A DNA stretch of 64,000 bases from SAR324 cluster bacterium (GCA_016735295.1 JAERRU010000018.1:19774-83773), one strand, 5' to 3'. Positions 23,745-38,680 are shown, counted from the stretch's first letter. Numbers and translations are program-made. The notes: generated by a model not told the origin, from the letters alone.

Positions 23745-25031
23745 ATGCCAGAGGGTTTTATAGTAGATTTATTAAGATTATGGCTAATTCCAAATTTAGG
23801 TATAAAAAGCCTTAATCAAATTATTAAATTAAGTAAATCTCCTGCAGAAATTTCTGATATATTTAAACTTTCTGCCTCCGATTTAAAAAATAAGTACCGT
23901 CTTACTCCAAAAATAGTGCACCTCATTACCAATAATAGTAGCCGCAAAATAATTGATCAAGAATTAGAATTATTGGAGCAACATCAAGTAAAATTAATTA
24001 GCGTACTTGATGAAAATTATCCTGCTCTATTAAAACACATTCACAACCCACCACCTATTTTATACTACAAAGGAAATATAGAATTTGATTATACGCACAG
24101 CGTTAGCGTGGTAGGCACTCGTATGGCTTCTTTTTATGGAGTTAATCATACTAGAAAAATAATTGATCGTCTTAAAGAACTTGATAGCGAACTTAATATA
24201 GTTTCAGGATTAGCTCGCGGAATAGATAGCGTAGCACATGAGCAGGCTTTAAAAAATAATTTAACTACCTACGCCGTTTTGGGTAATGGATTGTCTTTCA
24301 TTTATCCCAAACAAAATATCTTCCTAGCTGAGCAAATTTTGGAGCAAGACGGGGGTATTATATCAGAAGTTCCACTTACCTCTCCTCCTTTAACGAAAAA
24401 TTTTCCTCTAAGAAATCGTATCATCAGTGGGCTAACTCCAGCTTCAATGATTATGGAAGCTAGCACTAGAAGTGGTTCTTTAATCACCGCCCGTTACGCT
24501 TTAGAGCAAAATCGAGAGGTATTTGTGCTACCCGGTCCAGTTGGTCAAAAAAACTATGAGGGCTCTTTGCAGCTTATTAAACGAAATGTCGCTAACCTGC
24601 TTACCTCGGCTGATGACGTTATAGAATCTTTATCATTAAAATTTCACCGCCCTTTAGCCAATCATACTCAAATATCTAATCCAACCCACTCACCACGCCC
24701 CAAAATTGATGCACCACATTTTGACTCACCACCATCAGCAACAAAAAGTGTTACTAAGATAGTAGATAAACAACCTAAGATAATAACTAAAGTTATAACT
24801 AAGGTAATAACTAACACGGTAACTAAAGCGATAACTAAACTTGATAACGAGGGGCAGCTAAATGTATTTAATCAGCTACAAAAGGGAGAAGCTACTTTGG
24901 AGTCCTTATGTGATTGCATTAATTTGGAGAGCTCTGTTATTTTGGCTACCTTGACTGAATTAGAGATGAAAGGGTTATTAACTAGTAATCTTGATGGATT
25001 TTATATGATTAGCGATGAAATTATCTATTGA
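23745..25031 (+). CDS. dprA: DNA-processing protein DprA (Smf) with a C-terminal repetitive extension
   Basis: Rossmann-type DprA core VSVVGTRMASFYG...SGLARGIDSVAHEQAL...GGIISE...MIMEASTRSGSLITARYALEQNREVFVLPG. The C-terminal extension carries ITKVITKVITNTVTKAITK short repeats. Confidence 0.8.
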   Translation: MPEGFIVDLLRLWLIPNLGIKSLNQIIKLSKSPAEISDIFKLSASDLKNKYRLTPKIVHLITNNSSRKIIDQELELLEQHQVKLISVLDENYPALLKHIHNPPPILYYKGNIEFDYTHSVSVVGTRMASFYGVNHTRKIIDRLKELDSELNIVSGLARGIDSVAHEQALKNNLTTYAVLGNGLSFIYPKQNIFLAEQILEQDGGIISEVPLTSPPLTKNFPLRNRIISGLTPASMIMEASTRSGSLITARYALEQNREVFVLPGPVGQKNYEGSLQLIKRNVANLLTSADDVIESLSLKFHRPLANHTQISNPTHSPRPKIDAPHFDSPPSATKSVTKIVDKQPKIITKVITKVITNTVTKAITKLDNEGQLNVFNQLQKGEATLESLCDCINLESSVILATLTELEMKGLLTSNLDGFYMISDEIIY

Positions 25032-25040
25032 TAGAGATAA

Positions 25041-25847
25041 ATGAAAATTTTTGGCATTATCAATATAACCGATGATTCATTTTTTGCTCCTAGCCGCACA
25101 ACAAATCTTAAAAAAGCTACTAAATACGCACATAATTTAATTAAAGATGGGGCCTACTCTATAGATATTGGGGCTAGATCTAGCCATCCATCAGCTAAAA
25201 AAGTCTCATTTAAAGTTGAGCTGGATCGTATTTTATCATTATTAAAAATACTATCTGCTAGCAAAGCTAAAATATCGGTAGATAGCTATTCTACCAAGAT
25301 TCAAAGATTATTGCTTACTGAACATCGCGATTTAAAAATAGATTATCTAAATGATATAAACGGGTTTAACAATCCAGATATATATCCAGAAATTAAAGAG
25401 CATAATTGTGGGTTAATTGTGATGCATTCGGTGCAAAGCAAGGGGCCGGCTGACATTAGGGATGTATCATCTAAAAAGATATCTTTAAAAATTATCAAAT
25501 TTTTTGATAAAAGATTAAATGAATTAATCGCAGCAGGAATAAATGAGAATCGAATTATACTAGATCCCGGCATGGGTTTTTTTTTAGGAGACGATCCTTT
25601 TTGTTCGGTAAAGGCTATAAAATTAATAATGGAATTAAAAGAAATATTTTCCCTACCAGTGATGCTTTCAGTTTCTCGAAAATCTTTTTTAAGAAAATTA
25701 ACTAATTGCACGCTAGAAGAAAGCCTTGCCCCTACTTTAGCGGCGGAAATTTTTGCTTTTCATCATAAAGTAGATTTTTTAAGAACTCATGATGTAAAAT
25801 CTCTTGTAGCAGCAACTAAGATTTGGCAAATTTTGCAAACTGCTTAG
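25041..25847 (+). CDS. folP: Dihydropteroate synthase
   Basis: N-terminus IFGIINITDDSFFAP (the DHPS pterin-binding motif GILNVTPDSF) and DPGMGFF. 268 aa. Confidence 0.8.
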   Translation: MKIFGIINITDDSFFAPSRTTNLKKATKYAHNLIKDGAYSIDIGARSSHPSAKKVSFKVELDRILSLLKILSASKAKISVDSYSTKIQRLLLTEHRDLKIDYLNDINGFNNPDIYPEIKEHNCGLIVMHSVQSKGPADIRDVSSKKISLKIIKFFDKRLNELIAAGINENRIILDPGMGFFLGDDPFCSVKAIKLIMELKEIFSLPVMLSVSRKSFLRKLTNCTLEESLAPTLAAEIFAFHHKVDFLRTHDVKSLVAATKIWQILQTA

Positions 25848-26075
25848 GTTAATAAAAAAGTTTACGTGCTCTAATTAGATTTAAATTGAATTATAGTATT
25901 TTATGATGTAATTTAAGCATTAAAAATGCTTTGCCTATTGATTTACTTATAAGGCTCTTATATCATTATTGAGAGTTTTTTATTTAAAAGTAAATTTATT
26001 AAAATTTAAGAGCCTTGCTTTGATATTTTTGATAATTAAAAAGCAACTTCATGAAGTATAGAAGAGCCTAAACAT

Positions 26076-27716
26076 ATGATTAGTTCTTTAAAGAAAATAA
26101 TTACTTTTTTCAGGAATGATCAAAAAAATGATCAATCTATAGTTGATTTAGCAGAGAAGTACCGAATAACTAATTTACTCTTACATAAGCTAAATAATAT
26201 AGGAGTAGCTTTATCAATAGAAAAAAATATTAGTGTTTTATTAGAAAAAATACTTATCGCCGCTAAAGAAATGACCAGAGCGGAAGGGGGGACAATATAT
26301 ATGTACAAAAAAGAGGTTAACACATTAAAATTTGAAATAATGCTCAATGATGTGTTAAACACTCACTATGGCGGCACTGGAGAGAATACACCCCCTTTTC
26401 CTGAGCTAGCTATTTTGAATCGAGATGGGAAGGTAAATGAAAACATGATCGCCGCTTACTCTGCTGGCTATAAAACCAAAGTAAACATTAAAGACGCCTA
26501 TTCTGCTAAGGGTTTTGATTTTACTGGAACCAAGAATTTTGATAAAAAGATAGGCTACCGCTCACGCTCATTTTTAACTGTCCCCATGTTAGATGCAAAG
26601 CAGCAATTATTGGGAGTATTGCAGTTAATTAACCCGCGCCATCAAAATGGGAAACAACGAGTTTTTGATAGTTTTGATGAAGATATGGTAGAATCACTAA
26701 CTTCACAAGCTAGTGTAGCGTTAAGCAACAGAATATTACTTGATGAAACTAGAGAATTATTTGAATCTATCATCAAAATGATCAACTTAGCTCTGGATGA
26801 GAAGTCTCCTTATACCAACGAGCATTGTCAAAAGGTTCCTATTATTACTATGATGTTAGCACAAGCGGTTTGTGATCATAAAAAGGGTCCTTTACGAAAT
26901 TTTGATTTAACAGAAGATGGGAAAAATGAGTTAAGAATTGCAGCTTTACTCCACGATTGCGGTAAAATCGTAACCCCTGTGCATGTGATAGATAAAGCTA
27001 AGAAGCTAGAGCTTTTGGAGGATCGTTTTGATATTATTTCTACCAAAGCAGACGCTGTAGATAAAGATATAGAAATCGCTATTAGCCAATCAGATAGCAA
27101 AGCAAAGCACGAAGATTTGTTGGCTAAAAGAAAAGAATTACGTACTGATTTACAATTTTTAAAATCATGCAATATCGGCTCAGAATCGTTGAATAATGAT
27201 GATTTAGCTAGGTTAAAAGATATATCTAAAAAATGGTACTACACAGATTCCACAAATAAAAAACGATATTTAATTGATAAGAGAGAACTTAATTTTTTAA
27301 GTATATTTCGAGGCACTTTAACCCCTGAAGAGCGTGAAGTGGTTAATTATCATGTGGTGGCTAGTATCAAAATGTTAGAGAGCTTGCCTTGGCCAGAATA
27401 TTTAAAAAGAGTGCCTGAATATGCAGGTGGCCACCATGAAAGAATTGATGGTAAGGGTTATCCAAAGGGTCTTACTGGTGATCAAATGTCGGTGCCATCT
27501 AGGATTATGGCGATTGCTGATGTGTTTGAGGCGTTAACATCTTCCAATCGTCCTTATAAAGGGCCGGCTAAGCTAAGCGAAAGCCTTAAAATAATGGATG
27601 AATTTATTGCTAAGGGTCATTTAGATCCGGACTTATACGAAATATTTATGCAGCAAAAAGTTTATAAAAAATACGCGAAAGAATATATGAAGCCTGAACA
27701 AAATGATGTTCAATAA
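26076..27716 (+). CDS. GAF-domain / HD-GYP-domain protein (probable c-di-GMP phosphodiesterase)
   Basis: The N-terminus has GAF-like sensor features. In the HD domain, H..LLHDCGK is the HD motif and GGHHERIDGKGYPKGL is the HD-GYP signature. Confidence 0.75.
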   Translation: MISSLKKIITFFRNDQKNDQSIVDLAEKYRITNLLLHKLNNIGVALSIEKNISVLLEKILIAAKEMTRAEGGTIYMYKKEVNTLKFEIMLNDVLNTHYGGTGENTPPFPELAILNRDGKVNENMIAAYSAGYKTKVNIKDAYSAKGFDFTGTKNFDKKIGYRSRSFLTVPMLDAKQQLLGVLQLINPRHQNGKQRVFDSFDEDMVESLTSQASVALSNRILLDETRELFESIIKMINLALDEKSPYTNEHCQKVPIITMMLAQAVCDHKKGPLRNFDLTEDGKNELRIAALLHDCGKIVTPVHVIDKAKKLELLEDRFDIISTKADAVDKDIEIAISQSDSKAKHEDLLAKRKELRTDLQFLKSCNIGSESLNNDDLARLKDISKKWYYTDSTNKKRYLIDKRELNFLSIFRGTLTPEEREVVNYHVVASIKMLESLPWPEYLKRVPEYAGGHHERIDGKGYPKGLTGDQMSVPSRIMAIADVFEALTSSNRPYKGPAKLSESLKIMDEFIAKGHLDPDLYEIFMQQKVYKKYAKEYMKPEQNDVQ

Positions 27717-28004
27717 TAATTTTTTGTGAAGATTATCTTTATGTTCGGGTTAACTTAATCTTAATTTAGCTTGCATAGCTGGCGGGGCATACTAAAGCGA
27801 TAAATATTGACTCATTATGGTTAAAAAAAAATTGACCCTAAGAGAAAGATAGAGCAAACTACATTTTATGCTTTGGTAGATAACGCTATTTTTAAGTTAT
27901 CATCTTTGGAATATACATAGCACACAACAGATTACACACTTAACTACCGCATTTAGCGGCAGATGATTAACTATTATTATATTTATATAGGAGATAAAAC
28001 TAAA

Positions 28005-28523
28005 ATGAAGAAGATAGGACTTTTTTACGGATCCACAACTGGTAATACTGAAAATGCGGCTCAAAAAATGGCCGAACTTTTGGGTAAAGATAATGTAGAA
28101 TTATTTGATGTAGGTAGTGGAGCTACTATTGAAGATGTTAATAAATTTGATAACTTAGTTTTTGGCATTCCCACTTGGGATATAGGCGAATTGCAAGAAG
28201 ATTGGATTAGCTGGGTGGATAATTTAGATGATGCAAAAATGAATTTATCGGGTAAAACATTTGCTGTATTTGGAGTAGGCGATCAAGATGGTTACCCAGA
28301 CACCTTTGGGGACGCTATTGGTATTGTTTATGACAAAATAGTTGCTCGCGGTGGAGTGCCGGTAATTGATAAATGGCCGATAGATTCTTATACATTTGAT
28401 GAATCAAAAGGGGTTAAAGATGGTTATTTTGTAGGAATGATGATTGATGATGACGCGCAACCTGAGTTAACTAAAAAGCGTATTAATGACTGGGTTCACT
28501 TGGCTAAGGATAAATTTTCATAA
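28005..28523 (+). CDS. fldA: Flavodoxin (long-chain)
   Basis: MKKIGLFYGSTTGNTENAA FMN phosphate-binding loop. The start is taken at the Met preceded by GGAGAT. The longest ORF begins at 27963. Confidence 0.8.
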   Translation: MKKIGLFYGSTTGNTENAAQKMAELLGKDNVELFDVGSGATIEDVNKFDNLVFGIPTWDIGELQEDWISWVDNLDDAKMNLSGKTFAVFGVGDQDGYPDTFGDAIGIVYDKIVARGGVPVIDKWPIDSYTFDESKGVKDGYFVGMMIDDDAQPELTKKRINDWVHLAKDKFS

Positions 28524-28536
28524 ATAAGGTAATAAT

Positions 28537-29466
28537 TTGATACATAAATCATCTGTTCTAATAATAGGCTCTGGCCCAGCAGGATATACATCGGCTATTT
28601 ATACTACTAGGCAAATGCTTAAAACCACTTTGATATCTGGGATACAGCCAGGGGGGCAACTTTCTATTACTACTGATGTAGAAAATTTTCCTGGTTTTAA
28701 AGAGGTGCAAGGACCAGATTTAATGGAAAAAATGAAAGAGCAAGCCTTATCTTGCGGAGCGGATATTAAAAGCGATCATATTCATAAAATAGATTTATCA
28801 TCCACTCCATTTAGGGCTTGGGGCGGTGGAGAAATTGAATATCAAGCTGATAGTGTGATTATTGCTAGTGGTGCTTCTGCTAAGTGGTTGGGGATAGATG
28901 CAGAAAAAAGATTTTTAGGATTTGGCGTTTCGGCTTGTGCTACTTGTGATGGTTTTTTCTTTAGCGATAAAGAGGTTATCGTAATAGGAGGGGCTAACAC
29001 CGCGGTGGAAGAAGCGATTTATTTAGCTAAATTATGTAAAAAAGTCACCATAGTTTATCGTGGAGTAGAACTTAGATCAGAACAGATTTTAAAAGATAGA
29101 TTAAGCTCACTTAAAAATGTGGAAGTTTTATATAGGAAGGTATTAGTAGATTTAAAAGGTGAGGATAACCCTAAAAGAATAAGTGCTGCTTTTATTAAAG
29201 ATTTAGATACTAATAACACAACTGAGCTAGCTTGTGAGGGATGTTTTGTGGCTATAGGCCACCGACCTAACACGGAAATATTTAAGAATCAACTTGATTT
29301 AGATGCAGCTGGTTATATTTTAGTTAAGCCTGAATTTAGCCCTTTCACATCAAAAAAAGGAGTTTTTGCTGCGGGTGATGTGCAAGACAAGGTTTATCGA
29401 CAAGCAGTTACTGCTGCTGGGTCTGGTTGCATGGCTGCGTTAGAGGCTATTCGTTATTTAGGTTAA
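28537..29466 (+). CDS. trxB: Thioredoxin-disulfide reductase
   Basis: FAD motif IIGSGPAGYTSAIY, redox-active CATCDG, and NADPH motif VIGGANTAVEEA. 309 aa. Confidence 0.85.
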   Translation: MIHKSSVLIIGSGPAGYTSAIYTTRQMLKTTLISGIQPGGQLSITTDVENFPGFKEVQGPDLMEKMKEQALSCGADIKSDHIHKIDLSSTPFRAWGGGEIEYQADSVIIASGASAKWLGIDAEKRFLGFGVSACATCDGFFFSDKEVIVIGGANTAVEEAIYLAKLCKKVTIVYRGVELRSEQILKDRLSSLKNVEVLYRKVLVDLKGEDNPKRISAAFIKDLDTNNTTELACEGCFVAIGHRPNTEIFKNQLDLDAAGYILVKPEFSPFTSKKGVFAAGDVQDKVYRQAVTAAGSGCMAALEAIRYLG

Positions 29467-29530
29467 ATATTATAATAAGGGCGGTAATGAGGCTATGTTA
29501 AGTTTTATTAGACAATAATTAAGCGAATAA

Positions 29531-30097
29531 ATGAACATGAATTTTTTTAATATTAAGTTAAGGTCAGTGGGATTATTTATTGTACTCACCTTATTTATTT
29601 CGATTTGGCAAGCTAACATTAGTGAAGGACAAACAATTAAGGACCTTAAATTAGCTACTGTTAATATGCAAAAAGCACTTAATGAATCAATTGCAGGAAA
29701 GCAGTCCAAAGCTAAATTGGAGATGTCCGCCAAAAATCAATCAGCAGAATTTAAGGCGAGAGAGGCTAAAATGATAAAAATGAGAGATGATTTATCTAAT
29801 AATATGCTCAATGAAAGTGCTAAGAAAAAAAAGATTAGTGAGCTTGAATTATTACAAAATGAATATCTCAAAGACCGGCAGATATTTGAACAAGAGCTAA
29901 GAGGTGTGGAAAATCAATATACCACTAATGTTTTTGAGGAACTAAAGGCGGTCATTAATAAATTAGCGAAGAAGGATGAATATGATATGATAATCGAATA
30001 TTCTTTGTATAGTGCATTGCTATATAGCAATCTTAAGATAGATGACATCACAGATAAAGTGATTATGCTTTATGATGATGCTCATGCTAAAAAGTGA
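29531..30097 (+). CDS. skp: Periplasmic chaperone Skp (OmpH)
   Basis: A 188-aa secreted coiled-coil protein in the conserved position upstream of fabZ-lpxA. Confidence 0.6.
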   Translation: MNMNFFNIKLRSVGLFIVLTLFISIWQANISEGQTIKDLKLATVNMQKALNESIAGKQSKAKLEMSAKNQSAEFKAREAKMIKMRDDLSNNMLNESAKKKKISELELLQNEYLKDRQIFEQELRGVENQYTTNVFEELKAVINKLAKKDEYDMIIEYSLYSALLYSNLKIDDITDKVIMLYDDAHAKK

Positions 30098-30124
30098 TAA
30101 TAACTAATAATTAAATCTAGATTT

Positions 30125-30616
30125 ATGATTGATCAAGATATGAAAAAAACTAATCCACTAAATATAGATATAGTTAAGCAAATTTTGCCTCATCGTTATC
30201 CTTTTTTGATGATTGATAAGGTGCTGGATCATGAATATCTTAAATATTGTATAGCGATCAAGAATGTCACTTATAACGAAGAATTTTTCTCTGGTCATTT
30301 TCCCGATTATCAACTTATGCCAGGGGTGATGCAGCTAGAGGCGATGGCTCAAGCTACTGGAATAGCTTCACTTTATAATAATGAAGTATCTGAAATAAAA
30401 AAACCTTCCTCTAATAGTAGGCCCTTATTATTAAAAATTAATGATACAAGATTTAGAAGAATGGTTGTGCCTGGTGATATATTGATTATAAAATCAGAAA
30501 TAATTAAATTTAAATTAAATTTTTGTATTTCTTGGAACACTGTTTCTGTTAGAGAGTTAGATGGCACAGAAAATTTAGCAAGTGAAGCTAAGATCACCTT
30601 AGGTCTTCAAAAATAG
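30125..30616 (+). CDS. fabZ: 3-hydroxyacyl-ACP dehydratase FabZ
   Basis: Hot-dog fold motif FSGHFPDYQLMPGVMQLEAMAQ. 163 aa. Confidence 0.85.
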   Translation: MIDQDMKKTNPLNIDIVKQILPHRYPFLMIDKVLDHEYLKYCIAIKNVTYNEEFFSGHFPDYQLMPGVMQLEAMAQATGIASLYNNEVSEIKKPSSNSRPLLLKINDTRFRRMVVPGDILIIKSEIIKFKLNFCISWNTVSVRELDGTENLASEAKITLGLQK

Positions 30617-30619
30617 GGA

Positions 30620-35717
<5,098 letters not shown>

Positions 35718-35996
35718 TAGTATTACCCTTAAATTTTAATTTTGCTAAAAATCGCCTTGTCTTATTGTTATATTATCTTATCTTTGCCTTGTTAGCCTAT
35801 AAATGCTAGCTAAATAATTATCGTTACTACAACCCATTTATCACCTCAGCGTATAAAGTGAAGCTACGTTTATTTAACTTACCTTATCATTTATTTTTTC
35901 ATGGTGCTAGACTAAGAGCTTAGTATCATTTTATAATGTTAATAATTAATTATAATTAATAACTAGCACCATAACCCTTAAACTAGCTAAATAATT

Positions 35997-36692
35997 ATGC
36001 TTTTTTTAATAATGCTCATTATTATATCCTTCGTGCTTTTGTTGCAACTGCCTAGCATATGGATTAAACGTGTTTATAAAGAATATAATTATTCAAGAGA
36101 TGATATTATAGGTAGTGGTGGCCAATTTGCCAAGCACCTCATTAATAAAAATTCTATGCATGAGGTGGAGGTGCTAGAACACCAAACTAGCAACTTTTAT
36201 GATCATAAAAAAAAGATAATATATTTATCTAAAGATATTTTCAATCAACACTCAGTAACCTCTATTACCATAGCCTCTCACGAATTTTCTCATGCTAAGC
36301 AAGCTCATGAAAAAAATCCTTTGTTTCTTATCAGAAATTTTTTTCAAATATTTTTGTTTTACGCTAGATTTGTGATGATCGTAATTTTTTTCGGGTCTTT
36401 AGTCGCAGGATTTCTTCTAGGTCAGCGCTGGCTGCTATCTATCTCAATTTTGTGTTACGTTCTGCCAGGCATTGCCGAATTGATGCTCTCTATCCTTAAC
36501 TTACCACTAGAATGGGACGCTAGCTTTAAACGAGCTCACCCGCTCATCATAAATTCTCGCTATTTACCTGATGATGATGATGGGAAAATTAAAAAAATAC
36601 TCTTCGCTGCTCTGTTAACCTATGTTGCTGCTGCCCTTTCTAATTTATTAAGCTTGGTCAGGACTTCTCCTTTTGCCAGAATTCGCCGATAA
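35997..36692 (+). CDS. YugP-family putative membrane zinc metallopeptidase
   Basis: N-terminal TM, HExxH motif in IASHEFSHAKQ, and C-terminal TM segments. The layout is that of the Zn_peptidase_2/YugP family. Confidence 0.55.
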   Translation: MLFLIMLIIISFVLLLQLPSIWIKRVYKEYNYSRDDIIGSGGQFAKHLINKNSMHEVEVLEHQTSNFYDHKKKIIYLSKDIFNQHSVTSITIASHEFSHAKQAHEKNPLFLIRNFFQIFLFYARFVMIVIFFGSLVAGFLLGQRWLLSISILCYVLPGIAELMLSILNLPLEWDASFKRAHPLIINSRYLPDDDDGKIKKILFAALLTYVAAALSNLLSLVRTSPFARIRR

Positions 36693-36905
36693 TTATATTT
36701 TTATTTTAACCCCTCTAAAAATTTATAATGAAATTTATAAATTCAAACCTAAAATCTATTAATAATCAGACCGATATATTATAAAATGTTACTATGTCGC
36801 TTTAAAAACTTTATTTGATATTTTATTAAAAATATTTTATATATATAAGTAATTAAAAATAAATTTACTAAATTAATCTTAAACTATTTATTAACCACTC
36901 ATAAA

Positions 36906-38648
36906 ATGTTTTTACAACTTTCAAAGATAGCCATCATTGCTATTATATTATTTAGCGTTAGTAAAAGTTCGCTAGAAGCAGTAGAAAAGATTGAACATAT
37001 AAAAAAGCCATATGTTAATGCAAAGGGCGCCGTGTTCTATCCTAACAAAAAGATTAGGCTCTTTTCTGCTAATAAAGAATTAAGCGCCGCTCCTAGTGAG
37101 CTGAAAAATCAAAAAAAGACTCCTTACCTAACTTTAACCAATATAGGAGCTAATGTTATCAGCCAGTCAACACAAATTGGCTCTGGAGCCAATGCCCTAA
37201 ATAAAAATAAATCTTCTTCTTTCACCATATACTACGACCCTATACCTCCAGTAGTTAATTTAAAATACCCAAAGGGATACAAAAAAGATGGTATTTTATA
37301 TTTAAGGAAACTAAATAGCATAACCATATCAGCCAAAGATAAGCTATCTGGTATAGAACAAGTATATGCTTCAATGAATAATCAGCCTTATCAACCAAGT
37401 GAAAATAAAATTACTTTTAGTGCTGATGGCTTTTATGAAATATTAGTTTATGCCGTAGATAATGTGGGTAATGCTAGCGTGCCTAGGCTATTGAAAATTA
37501 ATATAACCAACCAAATACCTTGGTCACAAACTTTTATCGCCCCTTATCAACTTGATGATAACCAAGATTTGGTGCTATCTCCCAGAAATTACATAGTGAT
37601 TAAAGCACAAACGGGTGATGCAGGTCTTAAGCGTACCTATTATACTTTTGATAGTTTTAAATATAAACAATACAAAAAACCTTTAGTGCTCAAAAATTTA
37701 AAATCGGGCAAGCATGTTCTTAAATATTACAGCATTGATAATGCTGGAAATAGAGAAAAAGAAAAACTCCTTAGCTTTTATATTGATAATAAGGGTCCTG
37801 CCCTTAGCTATAAGATAATAGGACCATCTTTGGTTAAAAATAAAAAACTTTATCTTTCTCCTAAAAGTGAAATTAAAGTTTTAGCTAAAGATGATAAAGC
37901 TGGTTTGTTAGAAATTATATATAGCTTAAATAATAAAAAACCTAGATTTTACCGAGAATCATTTAATTTAACTAATGATAGAGTGCATCATAGGCTAAAA
38001 ATTTGGGCTTTAGATGAGGTAGAAAATAGGTCAAATTCTTTAATCAAAGAATTTATACTTGATGAAACCGCTCCTAATACAAAATTAAAATTTAAGGGTA
38101 TGTATGTAGTAGAATCATCAAATAAAATTTATATATCGCCCAAAACTAAAGTTTCAATTAGTGCTATTGATGATTTATCGGGAGTAGATAATATTTATTA
38201 TTCTATTAATAATGGCCCAGAACAAATTTTCACAAAGCCATTAGAATTTGGCGATCAAGAATCTTATAATTTATTATTTTATAGTAGCGATAAATTAAAT
38301 AACCACAGTGATTTTAAAGAAATTGAAATCGCTACCGACTATCAAGGACCACAAATAGAAATTAGCCTTGATAAACCAGCTTTAAATAATAATAATAATA
38401 ATAATAATAATCCAACTAATATAGCTGGTGATAATTACGCCCTTAAAGTTAGAATGCACTTGTTATCAACTGATGATGGGTCTGGTGTAGGTAGTATTAT
38501 ATATAAATTAAACGAACAGGCGGAGCAGGTATATTTGCAACCTTTATCACTTAATCGGGTGGGGAAAAATGCCATTTTGATTAAATCGGTAGATCGGGTG
38601 GGAAATTTAACTGAGAAGCTAGTAAATGTTAATGTTGTGGCTAACTAG
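36906..38648 (+). CDS. Secreted protein with five tandem ~95-aa Ig-like (Big-type) beta-sandwich repeats and a poly-Asn tract
   Basis: Signal peptide. The motif A.D.(L/G)SG(V/I)..(V/I).Y..N(N/G) recurs at about aa 144, 240, 330, 423 and 524. An (AAT)9 tract lies at 38385-38411. Confidence 0.5.
   Translation: MFLQLSKIAIIAIILFSVSKSSLEAVEKIEHIKKPYVNAKGAVFYPNKKIRLFSANKELSAAPSELKNQKKTPYLTLTNIGANVISQSTQIGSGANALNKNKSSSFTIYYDPIPPVVNLKYPKGYKKDGILYLRKLNSITISAKDKLSGIEQVYASMNNQPYQPSENKITFSADGFYEILVYAVDNVGNASVPRLLKINITNQIPWSQTFIAPYQLDDNQDLVLSPRNYIVIKAQTGDAGLKRTYYTFDSFKYKQYKKPLVLKNLKSGKHVLKYYSIDNAGNREKEKLLSFYIDNKGPALSYKIIGPSLVKNKKLYLSPKSEIKVLAKDDKAGLLEIIYSLNNKKPRFYRESFNLTNDRVHHRLKIWALDEVENRSNSLIKEFILDETAPNTKLKFKGMYVVESSNKIYISPKTKVSISAIDDLSGVDNIYYSINNGPEQIFTKPLEFGDQESYNLLFYSSDKLNNHSDFKEIEIATDYQGPQIEISLDKPALNNNNNNNNNPTNIAGDNYALKVRMHLLSTDDGSGVGSIIYKLNEQAEQVYLQPLSLNRVGKNAILIKSVDRVGNLTEKLVNVNVVAN
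38385..38411. repeat. (AAT)9 trinucleotide tract, in-frame poly-Asn
   Basis: Seen directly. Confidence 0.8.
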
Positions 38649-38680
38649 ACCTTTTATTTAGCATATGATTTGCTAGTATA

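Noticed and set aside
38649-38680. Possible SAM riboswitch upstream of metK.
   Set aside because: Only ~32 bp separate the Ig-repeat gene stop and the metK start, far too short for an S-box or SAM-II element.
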